DNA from: Octopus vulgaris
Lineage: Eukaryota
DNA length: 64,000 nucleotides
NCBI GenBank assembly: GCA_951406725.2
Contig: OX597820.1
Coordinates: 22,754,001-22,818,000 of the forward strand
Direction of reading: 5' to 3'
In this document: positions 49,731 to 63,612 of the stretch, in pieces
Position numbering within the stretch: position 1 is the first letter of the stretch
How the letters are laid out: each line of letters starts with the position of its first letter
Program-made: the position numbers and the translations under genes
Notes under the pieces: generated by a model
Told to the model about the DNA's origin: nothing
Seen by the model: only the letters and a program-made list of their open reading frames with translations
Databases searched by the model: none

Positions 49731-50291
49731 GAAAATTATGAGAAATAAGATTTCCTACAGAATTTCATAAGTAGAAAATCTAAATCATATATGTTGGAAG
49801 TATACATTAAAAGGAAAACACTTGACACCACATTCCCAGCCAAATTACAAATAACCTTTGAATCTACATGACCAACATGTAGGTAGTAGTGGTAGACCCA
49901 ATGCAAATAAATATATGGAATATTATGAGGGGTGGGTCAACTGGAGAAGCTTCTCTTATACTGTTCTATTAGGATGGTGGAAATTAAGTGAGGTTGGTGG
50001 GGGGGGGTACGTTTTGTGGCATATAACTAATTTATATATTGTTAATGCCTATATTATTTTCCCTAAATCAATAGAATAAGCCAAAATGTTATGATCAATA
50101 TTTTGGAAATAACATTATCAATCGTGTAGTTTGATTGAAAAAGAAAAAAAAAGGGGGGAGGGTAATAGAAAGCAGTAAGACATAGCATATAAAGTTCACC
50201 CCCTCCCTGATATTTTTTAAAACTTTTTTCAGTTCGAACAAACCAATTTGAATAGAAGGTAAAGAAAATTTAATGGAATGTTCTCTACAAA

Positions 50292-50322
50292 ATATATATA
50301 CACACACACACACACACACATA

Positions 50323-50363
<41 letters not shown>

Positions 50364-50475
50364 GTATATACACACATGTATATACACACATGTATATACA
50401 CATATATATATATATACACACACACACATATATATACATGTACACACACACACACACACACACACATACATATTA
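50292..50475. repeat. Compound (CA)/(TA) microsatellite
   Basis: Direct reading; explains five spurious ORFs. Confidence 0.95.
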
Positions 50476-50750
50476 TATCGATGGGCTCATTGAAATGTCT
50501 ATTATGTGTAGTGTGACATAATGTAAGGTACACTTTGTATGAGTAGGGGTTTTACAGCTTTTCATGATAGGAATTTTAATAAGTTGATTTACATCAGTAT
50601 TTTTTTCTCCTAAACTCATCTACATAAACATTACAATTTGAGCGGGGAAAACATTCAATGAGATGTGAACTTTTGTGAGCTAGAGATTACATACTTTGAT
50701 TCCCATCACTATTTTCATCCAAATCAGCAGTGTTATTAAAATCACTATTA

Positions 50751-50781
<31 letters not shown>

Positions 50782-51300
50782 AATTTTCCCCATTAAACAC
50801 ATTTATAAATATGTGCTGTATTCATATAAATTTACTGATTTGCTTTAAGTAATTTTCATTCTAATTTTAGTAATTGTCATTAAATTGATATTAATTTAGC
50901 AATTTAAAAATTTATTGGTTGAATTTCTGTAAATTATTACACAATTTCAATCAATGTTGCATTTTTCTTTTTTCTGGTACCAGTTGTAATTACATAGGAA
51001 AAGCAATGCAATACCTTTGCTTTCAATTTCTCTCTCCAAATATGCATTTACCTGTGCTTAAGAGTACAGGTATATGAATTTCAATCTGCCTCCAGTAGTA
51101 TATCTATGTTCATGAGTGATTTAAAAAATAAATATTGTGTTACGCATCTAATTTATTTGTAATTAGCATTGTTACAAAATCAATATTTTTCTTTTACTGG
51201 CTTCAGTTTTTCATCTGCAACCATGTTGGGACACCTTTATCAGTGGCCTTAATTCTTTAATTCAATTACCTTGGCCCCCATTCTTTGTCTAGTACCTATT

Positions 51301-51533
51301 CTTATTTCTTTATTGCCCACAAGGGGCTAAACATAGAGAGGACAAACAAGGACAGACAAAGAGATTAAGTCGATTACATCGATCCCAGTGCGTAACTGGT
51401 ACTTAATTTATCAACCCTGGAAGGATGAAAGGCAAAGTCGACCGTGGCGAAATTTGAACTCAGAATGTAGCGGCAGACGAAATACCGCTAAGCATTTCGC
51501 CCAGCGTGCTAACGTTTCTACCAGCTCACCGCC
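51301..51533 (-). mobile_element. Young tRNA-derived SINE
   Basis: CpG-rich, close reverse complement of 53371-53606. Confidence 0.85.
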
Positions 51534-52832
51534 TAGTGCCTATTCTATCAATACCTATTTACTGAATGGCTAAGTTACTCCTACAGCAAATGAACAGAAT
51601 ATCAGAATATATTTTCAATTTAATACATCGATTTATCAACAAGCCCTTATTTTCTGTGAGTGTGTACGTATAAAGATATAGATAGATCAGCAGATCTGAT
51701 ACAATTCCCATCTCTCCAAACTTTTCTCATTCACCATTGGTCAACGCAAAGCTTTCATAGAAAGCATTTCTCCAGGTTGCCACGCAGTGCAATATAACAC
51801 AAACTGACATAGTTGCAAACACAGCCAGAACATTTCCACCCACCACCTAAATCAGATATTTTGTACATGCATGCATATGTGCTCATGTGCATGCATATGC
51901 ATTGTTAACAAAAGGATGATAAGATCAGTTTCATTTCATTGCTCTTTAAAATGATCCTCCCATCCCACCTGCTTTACCTGCAATTATCTAATAAACTGAT
52001 TAACAAATTTTTTAATGAACCCTTTGTGTCATGATATACCTTATATCTTATCATCTGTTTCAATCACTGGGCTGTGGCCATGCTGGGCCACTGCCTTGAA
52101 GGGCTCAGTTGAATAAATTGTTCCCTAATGTCTATTTTCAAGTCAAGCATTTATTCTATCAGAATATTTTGCAGAACTGCTAGGTCACAGAGACATAAAC
52201 AAATCATCACAACTTGCTATGGGGTGGGGCAGGATGGGAGAAACAAATACAAAGATGCACGCGCGCACGCACACACACACACACACATGTATACAGGAAA
52301 CTATATGGTAGTCCAAAATATTTCAGATGACTGAGAGTTACCATTGTTTAAGTAAATACACCTATAATATATTCTTTTGATGCTTTTCACCAGAACCCAA
52401 CACTAGTAATCTATATTTTTTTTAAAATTTTATTTTATTTCTCAATCTTATGTTTTATCCAATTCTATAATCCAGTATGTGCAAAAACATTATAGTTTAC
52501 AAATTTGTCGACTGTGGCAAAAATATAGGTGCAGAGAATGCCAGTCAAATGTAAACACAAAAGTGTTTAGAGAGAATTTTGACAATAAAACTACAAAAAA
52601 ACTTGGCTAATATAATCAAAATGATTAAACTGCAGCCAACAAAAACCTCATTTTTGCACAAAAATTATTTTAAATGAAGCATATTAAAACTGTGCTTATG
52701 AATTTCAAAAATAAACTACAAGTTTTAGAGATGTTTAAGAACTTCATTATAAAAAACAAATTATAAACTTTTTATGAATCTTTATTAAGCAAGTTTAAAA
52801 AAAAACTTTCCAGGTGAACATGTCTTCCTTAA

Positions 52833-53053
52833 CCCTTTTGTTACTAACCCGGCTGAAACCGGCCCTAGCTCTGTAGTACAAATGTCTTGTTTTCATAAGT
52901 TTTGAATTAAAATCTTCCACCAAACCTTAGTCACAATTAATGTTCCTAACACTAACTTAATGATAACTAAGTTATTTTACTAAATTCTTTGTTATATTTA
53001 AAATAATTGAGAGAAAATCAGAGAATCTCAAAATAAATACAGTAATGAAAGGG
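52833..53053. mobile_element. piggyBac-like MITE with TTAA TSD
   Basis: TTAA|CCCTTTTGTTACT...AGTAATGAAAGGG|TTAA; inverted copy of 11684-11905. A more decayed relative lies at about 54713-54920. Confidence 0.85.
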
Positions 53054-53370
53054 TTAATATATTTTAATACATTTCCTTTAAAATGATTTTTGTGCAAAAG
53101 TAGGGTTTTGTTTGTATGGGAAAATTATGTTGTGAGTTTTATCACCCTTTTTGTATGTGGGCGTGTGTTTATATGAAGAAGAAAAAAGAGAAAACAAAAT
53201 GAAATGATTGTAATGTGTTCTCTTCCCCTACATGAGAAATGGATGATGCTATTAACATAATTAAACTGCTTATATAATGAAATACAAACAAGATGACCAC
53301 TATAGTGAGAAGCTTTCATTCACATGACAGTGGACATCATGTGCTTTATTCCAGAATGGTGGCCCAGATA

Positions 53371-53606
53371 AGGCGGCGAGCTGGCAGAAACGTTAGCACA
53401 CCAGGTGAAACGCTTTGTGGTATTTTGTCTGCCACTGTGTTCTGAGTTCAAATTTCACCGAGGTCGACTTTGCCCTTTATCCTTTCGTGGTCGATAAATT
53501 AAGTACCAGTTACGCACTGAGGGTCGATGTAATCAACTTAATACATATGTTTGTCCTTGTTTGTCCCCTCAATTTTTAACCCCTTGTGGGCAATAAAGAA
53601 ATAAGA
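53371..53606 (+). mobile_element. Young tRNA-derived SINE with target-site duplication
   Basis: Head 'aggcggcgagctggcagaaacgttagc'; flanked by the direct repeat 'agaatggtggcccaga' (about 53353-53368 and 53604-53619). Confidence 0.88.
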
Positions 53607-54185
53607 ATGGTGGCCCAGAAACAGGAAGAAAAGACTACATGCAAGTCAAAGCACACACATTCATGCAGACCCACACATACACAACAAATTAGGACTGATA
53701 CAAAAAAATTTAAAAAAACAAGAATAATGGTAGAAAATTTCCATAACACACTTGAGCTAAAGTATGATTGTTGCATTCTAAGAAGTGACATATTTAATCA
53801 ACATTTTATTCTAAGCTATAAACTAATTTGTTTAGTTTGTTGCTCTGTTACATAAAAAAACATCAATGGATGCAAATGTCGAAATAAATTAATAACCACA
53901 GCACCTACCAAATCATAGGTTATTGTTATCCAAGTTGCTGGAAATGGTTAAATCAAAGCTCAGTTACAAAGCTTGTTGACAACCCATCCATGTGATTAAT
54001 GTGAAAATCATCACATATGTAGCACAGTTTATGTGGGTTTACAAAGTATTAGATCTGTCATAAGCCCTAGCACTCATAAGGCCAGAGTTTAACCCATTAG
54101 CATTCAGATTACTCTGTCAAATATGATACATTGTTTTGAATTAATCATGCATTATCTTGAGGTTTTGATGATGTGATCGTTTATA

Positions 54186-54688
54186 TTACTATAATGGGCA
54201 TTATGTCTGTCTGTCTGTTACCCCTTCACGGTCAAATGGCTGGATTAATGGTCATGGTGTTATTTGGGATTACAAAGGAGGTAATCAGGAAGATCTTTAG
54301 TGAAAATATGTGAGAAAGTACGATTATTTAGTGGATATTGAGTTTTGAATTAATAAATCACCTTTGACTTTTTTCATTAAAATTCTGGCGACGAGGATTA
54401 ACTCTGGATCCCCCCTCACCCCGTATAGTTTGTGAATTTAGAGGGTTTAGATTTGCGATACTATCCCTTTATTTCCCATCATAGATGGGCAGATTTGCTA
54501 TCTTACTATAGTGGGCTTTATGTCAGTCTCTTTGTCTGTTCCCTCTTCATGGCCAGATGGCTGGATCAGTGGTTACTATAAATTTTGGGATTACAAAGAC
54601 GGTCATCAGGAAGGATTTTAGCATTAAAAAATCAGAAAGTGTGATTACTTTGTGGATATCGATTTTTGAATTGATAAGCCACTTTTGC
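54186..54688 (+). mobile_element. Two tandem diverged Helitron-like 5' segments (about 54186-54366 and 54503-54688)
   Basis: Both begin 'ttactata.tgggc.ttatgtc.gtct..', carry (GTCT)n, and share 'atttgggattacaaag..ggt.atcaggaag...gtggatat.ga.ttttgaatt'. Confidence 0.55.
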
Positions 54689-55699
54689 ATATTACTGCAC
54701 ATACAAATTTAACCCTTTCTATACCAAATGACCAAAGACAGTCCCCAGTTGTATGATGCCAGCCTCTTGTTTTAAGAAGTATAATTTTTAAAATTTTCAC
54801 TGAAATTCCCTGTTCCAAACATCATATTAATAATGACAAAGTTATTTTATTAAATTCTTCAGTATTTTCGAAAATAAAAGCAGTGTATTTCAGGGGAAAT
54901 ACAGTAGAAAAAAATGTTAAATCAATTATATCTTCCTTTTCTCTCCTCTGCTTAGCCTTTTCCCATTCTTTCTTTCTAAATTCTATGAAGACTAATAGAA
55001 CTTCTATACAACTGACAGTTCTGACTATCATTTGCATATTTAAATAAGTATCTCATATGGGAGGGAAGGTATGACCTACTGATGGGAGTTTGTGAGGATT
55101 CAAAAGAGGTGCAGTGGGAGCAGTCAGACTGCCATGTTTAATTAACTAACCGAGTCTGAAACTGTTTAAACCTGTGTAACACCACAACGAAGGAAGGAAG
55201 GATTATATGAAGGTAGACTATTATGTCTTTCATTGTAGTAGTTTTTGCTCTCAAAGTTGTTCAACTTTCAGCAAACTTCATGGTTCTTTCGTGCTGCATG
55301 CCATTTCAATTTTGAATTTGACACAGTGGATCAATATGCTTTCAAGAAAAACTGAGCAAGCTATCAATGGAATTTGACACAGATCTTCATAAACCTAAAG
55401 TTTATAAGCACTGTCCACCAAACATGGCTGCACAAACCAGAACACAAAAAAAAGAAGTGAAATAAATTAGTGATATCAAATGCCATATTTGATAAATTGA
55501 CTAACTTGTTAACAGACACAGGTAGTCAAAAGATTATTTTCACATAGTATAATTATTAATTGCTAATTTGTGTAAAGCAATTAGCACTCCATGCATGCAA
55601 TTTGGTCAGTATATTGGTGTACATACATCTGTATGTGCGTACACATGTGTAAAGCTCAAATGTAAACATGAGGGTTACTTCTTATTACAAAAGAAATCA

Positions 55700-55980
55700 A
55701 CAGTTCTTTTTTATCTTCTTTTTCTTGATTCAGTTACTGTACTGCGGTCATGCTGGAGCACTGCCCTGATGTATTTAGTCAAGCAAACTGATCCTGAGAC
55801 TTAGTCTATCACTCTCTTTTACCAAACTGCTGAGTTATGGGAGCATAAACAAATCAATACTGCTTGACAGCCAGTAGAAGAGGGGGGGAGATAAACACAG
55901 ACAAAAAGGTACACAAACACACATCTGTGTATATATATATATTTGATCCTACGTTGTCACCAGGTGCTTACAATTATAAC

Positions 55981-56027
<47 letters not shown>

Positions 56028-56192
56028 GACAGACTTCCATACAGTTTCCATCTATCAAGTTCACTCACAAGGAATCCGTCGTCCTAGTGCTATAGTCAAA
56101 GACACCCGCCCAAGGTGTTGAGTAGTGGGACTGAACCTAAAGCCACAAGGTTACAAAGTAAGCGTCATACCCTGACAGCCATATCTGTGCCT
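55700..56192 (-). mobile_element. Degenerate tRNA-derived SINE with (TA)n expansion
   Basis: Matches the 43707 family in reverse. Confidence 0.7.
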
Positions 56193-56288
56193 GTAACTTA
56201 TCAAGAAAATTTTATTCTCTTGGATCAAATGATATTATTATTCAGCATTCAATCTTTCATCAGTTTGAGTGGATCAGAGATTAAATAG

Positions 56289-56440
56289 TGGAGGCACATG
56301 GCTTAGTAGTCAGAGTGTTGGACTCGTGATTATAAGATTGTGGTTTCAATTCCTGGACTGGGCGATGCATTGAGTTCTTGAGCAAAGCATTTCATTTCAC
56401 ATTGCTCCAGTTCACTCAGCTAGTAAGAATGAGTAATCCT
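56289..56440 (+). mobile_element. tRNA-headed SINE of another family (second remnant at about 56975-57075)
   Basis: 'ggaggcacatggcttagtagtcagagtgttggactc...gtggtttcaattcctggactggg': A/B-box-like head. Confidence 0.6.
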
Positions 56441-57330
56441 GCCTTCCACACATGTATAATAATATGAAAATATATTAATATCTACTTACGATATGCCATA
56501 AGCAAAACTTACGAGCAAAATTTCCAGTTTCAATTTTTCCAATTAGAAAAACTCATAGAACTCCTGAGTTAGTAACGAAATAACCATGTCATTAAGCTGT
56601 TTCAATATTTAAACAGTTCAGCAGCAAATGCAATATCTAATGAAAATATCTTTTTTAGTAAGAAGTCATTATGAATCATGACATCTTAATGAGATACATA
56701 TCTGTATAAGTTCAAATTTGATTAGGCTGTAGAAAATTAATCTATCAAATAGCAAACTTCCGTTTGCATTAATGTTATGAGTAATTTTCATTAAGCCTAA
56801 TGGGATCTTCACTAACTGACAGAAGAATTTAAAGGTTTCTGCAAGTAATTTTCTTCATTAGATAAGTATCGTGTACATTTTTAGCAACCCGGTTTTGTAA
56901 CAGACACACCTAGTAAAACCTGAAATTATACACCTTCAAGTTAAATTTTCTCATATTTTAGCAAGCAAACGTGAAGGGGCATGGCTTACTGGTTAGGGTG
57001 TACAGTCATGATCACCAGATTATGAGTTCAATTCCCAGACCTGTTGGCAAAACATTTCATTTCACATTGCTGTGACATGTTAAAGAATAGACTGAACATT
57101 TCCTCTGCGTGCCGAAAAAGCAATAGAAAGAGGGCGAGGTAGGTTATGCACTCTGACCTCATAAATCCCTCATCAGTAACGATAGCCCAAACAGACCCAT
57201 GGGTTGGAAAACTGTTGCCTGAGTGTTGCAAAGGCATCAAATGTAGTAGGGAGTCACCAACAAATCGTGGATGCAGCCATGTGCTGTTACAGTGCATGCA
57301 CCCATACTATGACTACTATTTAGCAAGCAA

Positions 57331-57606
57331 GGCGTAGGAGTGGCTGTATGGTAAGTAGCTTGTTTACCAACCACATGGTTCCGGGTCCAGTCCCACTGTG
57401 TGGCACCTTGGGCAAGTGTCTTCTACTATAACAGATGCTGGTATGTTTGCGTCACCGTAACTTAGTGGTTCAGCAAAAGAGACTGACAGAATAAGTACTA
57501 AGCTGACAAAGAATAAGTCCTGGGGTTGATTTGCTCGACTAAAGGCGGTGCTCCAGCATCACCACAGTCAAATGACTGAAACAAGTAAAAGAGTAGAGTA
57601 AAGAGT
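57331..57606 (+). mobile_element. tRNA-derived SINE with internal deletion
   Basis: Head and tail of the 43707 family joined directly. Confidence 0.85.
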
Positions 57607-58599
57607 ATACATAAGTACATACTATGCATGATGTATGGATTATATGTATATGTGTATGAATGTGTAGAAGTATGCATAGGAGAGTGTGTATGTGTATATA
57701 TGCATGTACACACACACACACACACACACACAAATATACTGGAATGAGGTGATTGGGAATGGCTGCTTAGATGCTGACAATTTGGCATGGCTGAATGGAC
57801 ATTCAACCTATTTTGACGACCATACATTCTGGCACTGGAGTCAAACGCGCGCGCGCATGTGTGCAGAAATATACAGAGAAAGAGAAAAGAACAAGACAAA
57901 CATTAAAATGTCTGATGTCAAATAAGTCATCTTTGAATCAATATTGCCAAATAAGCAATGCCAAAATGACTCATACCTTAAATGTAGAGTGTGTGTGTTC
58001 ATTTCACTGTACTTCTGTCCTTTTCACCACATTAGACTAGTTTTGTCCGGTTAGTTTTCTATGACTGGATGGATGCCCTTCCTGTCACAAACCTTTACTT
58101 GTTTTGAAAGTAAAAGTATTTAGTCCTTCAGTCTTTCACACAGCAACTGTGCAATGGTAGGGCATGTTTGCATGGGAGGCATTAACACACAAACACACAC
58201 TCATGCATGCAGTTTCCATTTACCAATTTTGCTCACAAGGCAAGGGTCAGCCCAAGGCTATAGTACAAGGCCACAGTCCACAATACAGCAGGAATGAATT
58301 CAAAACCACACGATATTGAAGCAGACTTTTTTGCCACATGGCCATACAATGGTTTTTCTCTCAGAGTAAAGAGCAAACTTTATGATACTTATGAATCGTG
58401 TGTGTTTGCTCTGACACCCTACAACAGCCATCTTTATCTTCTTCCCAACTTTATATAATATGGAGTGGTCATGTGTCTCCTCTATAGCAAGATATCTGTG
58501 CTTGTTCCTCTAACACACTGTAACTTCTTAGCCCCTTCTCAAATAATCTTCCCACTTAACCAAAGGAACGTCTTCCCTGTACTTTCGCTATCTTCCAAG

Positions 58600-59190
58600 T
58601 TGCCTGGTGACCTGACTAGTATTAATGGCATGGAAAAAGCACTCAGTATACACTGTGAAGTGGTTGATGTGAGGAAGGGCATCCACTCATAGAAACCATG
58701 CCAAAGCTGACATTGGAGTTCAAGACAGCCCTACAGCTTGATGGACCCTGTTAAACTGTCCAACTCATGCCAGCATGGAAAACAGTTTGTTAAATAATAA
58801 TAATGATGATGATGATGAATGAAGTACAATGCTGTATGATAGTGAATGCAAAAGGTTTGTAATGGCTTGAAAGACGTGAAACAGGTACTAGATGAGTTGT
58901 GCTAGGGGTCTGCATGAATAATGGAGCATAGATGAGCCGAGAGGAAGACTGGATAGAAGGAGAATCAAATGTAATGTAGAAGAGTGAATATTACGATGCA
59001 AAGGGGTGCGATTAGAGGATATCAGTTAGATAGAGGGGCACTTAACACTCAAAGGAAATGGAGCCAGTATCAGAGAATCTAGGAAGACAATGGAGAAAGT
59101 GGTGAAGTGTGATCTGAAGACACTCAATCTCATGAAGGAAATACAAGTAGGCAACATGTAGTGCTGGAAGAGGCCCACATACCTGCACAA
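58600..59190 (+). mobile_element. Decayed RTE tail (about 58600-58820) and RTE ORF remnant (about 58830-59190)
   Basis: Weak similarity to 44770-45340. Confidence 0.5.
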
Positions 59191-61312
59191 GCTTAGCAAA
59201 AACAGACATTAAAATGGTGGTATTGTTGGGGGTGAGAATGTATAATATCTGCATTTGAGTCTATCATGATCTATATGACATTCCTGTCTGGCATCCATCT
59301 GCTATCCCTGCCTCTCCAAACCTTTTTTATTCAATGCTTATGACCTCTTCTAAAGGGATGCAAGTTGTTTTTGGCAGTCATCTTGGCCCTTTCTATCTGG
59401 CATCACTGATTCAGACCAGACTTATTTGACGTCAGACACTTTACCTCCAAAACCTTTTAGCACCTCAAACATTCTGTTTATATTCTTCTTGACAATTAAT
59501 TTGTTACAACTACTGAACTACTCAATAACTGAACTTCATTTAGCTTTCTGCTTCACTTTATATATTGATTTGCAAGTGCTAATTAGTTTCAATTAATAAA
59601 TTGCAATATCTGTGTCTGTAGAAATGTATGCATGTCTGTATTTCTTCATGTGTGTGTGTGCCTCTAGTGCCAAAATGTACCGTAACCATAACGGGTTCAA
59701 TGTCCAGTCAGCCATGCCAAATCACCAGCGTCCAAACAGCTATGCCCAATCATCTCATGCTTCTAAAAGACAGACTGCAAAGGATCTAAGTGTATTCATA
59801 CACCCTACCCATCTCACCCTTCCATACAGCTTGTCATTATTCCCTCTTCACATGGTTAGTCATTAATGATATTTACCACTCATTCTCACCCCCCACCACT
59901 CTCTCTCCAATCTGCCTTTTTGTTATTCAAAAGGGATCGCACAATTGAGATAGCCAGGCCTGTCCAAAAGTTAGAATAATCTAACTCCAACTCAGGAATT
60001 GAAACTGGCTTACATTCTCAGTTGACTATCAACCTACCACTTCACATACGGTGGCACACATTACTAACGTTGAATGCCAGTTAACATTTTTTCTGACAGT
60101 AGAGGTAAAAGAAATAAAAACCTCTTCATCATATTATTGCTTATAGAACAGACAGACATCATAGTTAAAAAAAAAAACCTAAAACAAAACAAAAAAGTTA
60201 ACCAAAATAATACTAAGCAAGACAAATAGAGACAAGAGTTTTCTCAAGAATGAAATTAAAAAAACAGAAAACTTACAATGAGATAGACTCAAGTATTGAT
60301 TATATATACTTTCTTTTTGTAATACCATGACTGGTTTCAGTCATTTACTTCCTCAATTACTGCAAGTAGTCTGCCGAAAATTGATGTCCAAATATCTGGA
60401 CGACACCGCATGAAACCATGGTATGAGAATTGCAACAGATTCTACACACACAATACTATGAATGAATGAGTATTAAACACACACACATACACAGATACAC
60501 TATAGCTGGAGAAAAAAGTTGGCTATGAGCAAGGTACCCAAATAACTTCTTTCAAGTTGATGAAGTACTGATTACTTTGATGAGTTGCAAGAAAAAAACC
60601 TCAGGTGTCACAGTCAGTAATCACCATTTCTTTTATTTATCTTTTTTTTTTTTTTATTTATCAGTTTTGATAAATTGTAAGTATATTCCACTCAAATATG
60701 CCACACACTGGTATTGAGTTCCTCATTCAAATTTGGTCTTTTTTGCAGGACGGAAAGGGTTTCTAATGGTCAAAACTTGCCTATACATACAAATATACAC
60801 ATCTCCAGACACCCCAAGCTACTATTAATCTACTTAAATCCCTCACCAATTAACATTCTTGACAAAACCTTCAAAATCATCAATTCAATATCATATTTCC
60901 CAAGTGGAGATGAGTTAAGTACACCTGCAATTTAGTATTCCTCCCAGGGCTTCAATCATGTGGTACAACGTTTTTAGGTTTGAAGCAGAGTTCCCTAAAT
61001 CTTCCCCCATCTAATTCCACTACAAGTAACTTAAATGTTTTTTTTTTCTTTTTCTTTTTTTTTTTTTTTTTTTTCAGTAAATGTTAAATCCATTCCTCTC
61101 AAACACTGCAATCATCAGCTGCCGTTGCCATGGACGCTCAGGTAAACTAAACACTTCAACTTAATTAACATCACAGGCTGCGTGGATTGAACTTCTTTCC
61201 CTCTAATCTACAGGAAATGGATATGCATTCCAGATCTGGCAATTAGTTACATATGCTGCTTAAAGCGTGTGCATGCTCATATGTGGAAACAACCAGAACA
61301 CCCCACCCTCAT

Positions 61313-61313
61313 G

Positions 61314-61346
<33 letters not shown>

Positions 61347-61520
61347 ATGTATGCAAGTATATATGTGTATTTGTGTGCATATACCTGTATATGAGTGTGT
61401 GCAGGCATATGTATTTGTGTGCATGTATGTATGTGTGCAAGCATATATGTGTGCATCTGTGTATACATATGTATGTGTCTGTGCACATGAACATATGTAT
61501 GTCTGCACACACACACACAC
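61313..61520. repeat. (TG)n / degenerate TGTA-TGCA low-complexity repeat
   Basis: Direct reading; explains five spurious ORFs. Confidence 0.9.
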
Positions 61521-62169
61521 TGAAAGTATGTTACTATTCATCTACATGGAAATCAATGCAAGTTTCTTGAAGCAAGCACCAGGTATTGTCAGAGCTTGCA
61601 CACATCTGACTTATCTGGGTAACTTTTAACTCCTATGAATTTTAAACAAACTATTATCGATTAACAGAAATAAGAGAGAGAAAGAGACCTTCCTGTCTGA
61701 TCAATTAAGAAATTTTTTTCAATTCAATTCCGACAACTAGCCACAAATCAATTTACAAATCGCTTTAATCATTCATAGATGCATCGACGAATGTCATCAT
61801 TTACTTTATACGGAGTTAAACAGATGATAATTTTTCCAGTTTTGTTTTCGTTTCTTTAATTAAATATCGAACACAAGAGTTCAACAACGGAAACTTAATG
61901 AGACGAAAGATAACCGTCTGATTCTGCAAAACATTTTAAGTGACCATGTATTTATTGAATAAACAACTACAACAGCAATAATTATCTGAAATGGAAAGGA
62001 GGGTTTCTGAAGAAAATATTTTGATATTGGCTGCTGTGCATTTGTGCTGTTTTCACAAATAAAAGCAGTCTCTATTTTAATTTGAGCAAATGAATTAATT
62101 ATATTAATCTCTTCCAGGTTTTCACCAAGGAAACTCTGCGTTGTGTTATCATACGTTGTTCTAAGCAGG

Positions 62170-62645
62170 CTTGGCTATGTGATTAAGAAGATCACTTTGC
62201 AGCTACATGGTTTCAGGTTCAGTCCTGCTGCATGGCACCTTAGGCATGTATCTTCTATTGCTCCAAACCAACCAATGATTTGCAAATGAATTTGGTAAGT
62301 GGAAAAGCCTGGAGGTTCACTGTGTGCTTGAGTGTATGTGAGTATGTGTGCATGAGAAAGTGATTCTGATATATATGTATACATGCAGTTGAGTATTGTG
62401 TGTATGTGTGTGTATGCACACATGTGTGCATATACTCCACCACCACCACCACTTGACAGCCAGTATTGATTTGTTTACAGCTTTCTAACTTAGTGGTTCA
62501 GCAAAAGAGAACAATAAAATACCAGACTTTAAAAGAAAAAATATATACTGGAGTTGATTAGTTTGACTAAATCCTTCAAGATGGTGCCCCAGCATGACCA
62601 CAGTCTAATGCCTGAAACAAAGCAAAGATGAGAAATAAAAGATAA
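62170..62645. mobile_element. Degenerate tRNA-derived SINE (43707 family)
   Basis: Head 'ggctatgtgattaagaag...caggttcagtcctgctgcatggcacctt' and tail 'ccccagcatgaccacagtctaatgcctgaaaca'. Confidence 0.65.
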
Positions 62646-63284
62646 CCAATCCGCATGAACTAGTGAAATCCTCATTTTGATAGGCTGCAAATTATCCCTA
62701 TCATTATTTTATCATCATTGTTAGTGATTCAATCCCTGGCTACTTTATATCAACAAAGTTATTTTTATAGCAATTAAAGCCATGAGCAATAGCCTGCACT
62801 CAATTCTTAATTTACTTTGGGAGGTGGAAAACAATAACAGAAAAGGCTAAATATCTCAAGGAAATCTCTGGAGAATAAACAGACTTGGCTGCCTGGGTTG
62901 GTACAGCCAATCTAATAAATTAAAACAATGAGAATGAAGTAAAAACTATTAATTGCAAAAACGAGCCTAAGTATATTGTTAAACATTATCTTTCAACTTC
63001 ACTGTCTCATCAAAACAGACCATTATGCTGAAAACTTCCAGCATTGGATATTTCAAAGCACCAGTTGGTGTTTATTTTTCTCGCATGAAATACATTTACT
63101 GCTTCATCTCAGGGTAATGAGTATAATAACATGCGTGAGCACTCCTTGCATTGCAAAGATGAATTACACGAGAAATACTTTCAGTAAATGCCGAGGATAT
63201 AAATTCTTTGTAAATTAAGACGGCTTCAGAGAAAGGGCTAAAAAATAAAGCAGTATCACAGATTCGGCATGGTTGTTTAATTTA

Positions 63285-63612
63285 TCTTTAACTCTTTACC
63301 TGTTTTAGTCATTGGACTACAGCCATGCTGGGGCACCACCTTAAAGGGTTTTAGTTGAACTAAGTGACCCCAGTACTTATTCTTTTTAAACCTATTTATT
63401 CTATCAGTCCTCTTTTGCCAACCCACTAGGTTATGGGGATATAAGCAAACCAACACCAGTTGTCAACTCGTGGTGGAAGGAGGACAAACACAAACAGGCT
63501 TCCACACAGTTTCTGTTTATGAAATTCAGTTAAGGTATTGGTTGGCTTGAGACTATAAAGGAAAACACCTGAAATCACAAAATTGCAAAATGATGTTCTT
63601 AACCACACAGCA
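63285..63612 (-). mobile_element. Degenerate tRNA-derived SINE
   Basis: Reverse complement of the 43707 family. Confidence 0.65.

Noticed and set aside
50095-50533. Cluster of overlapping ORFs (also 61253-61629 and 57498-57925)
   Set aside because: These are dinucleotide microsatellite translations.
54822-55037. Charged ORF RKKEWEKAKQRREKE as the missing upstream exon
   Set aside because: Purine-rich low complexity, no suitable donor, and it overlaps a MITE remnant.
56512-56562. 51-nt exon-like unit with TACTAAC, CAG and GTAAGT
   Set aside because: It has an in-frame TAA, the branch motif is too close to the AG, and there is no homology.
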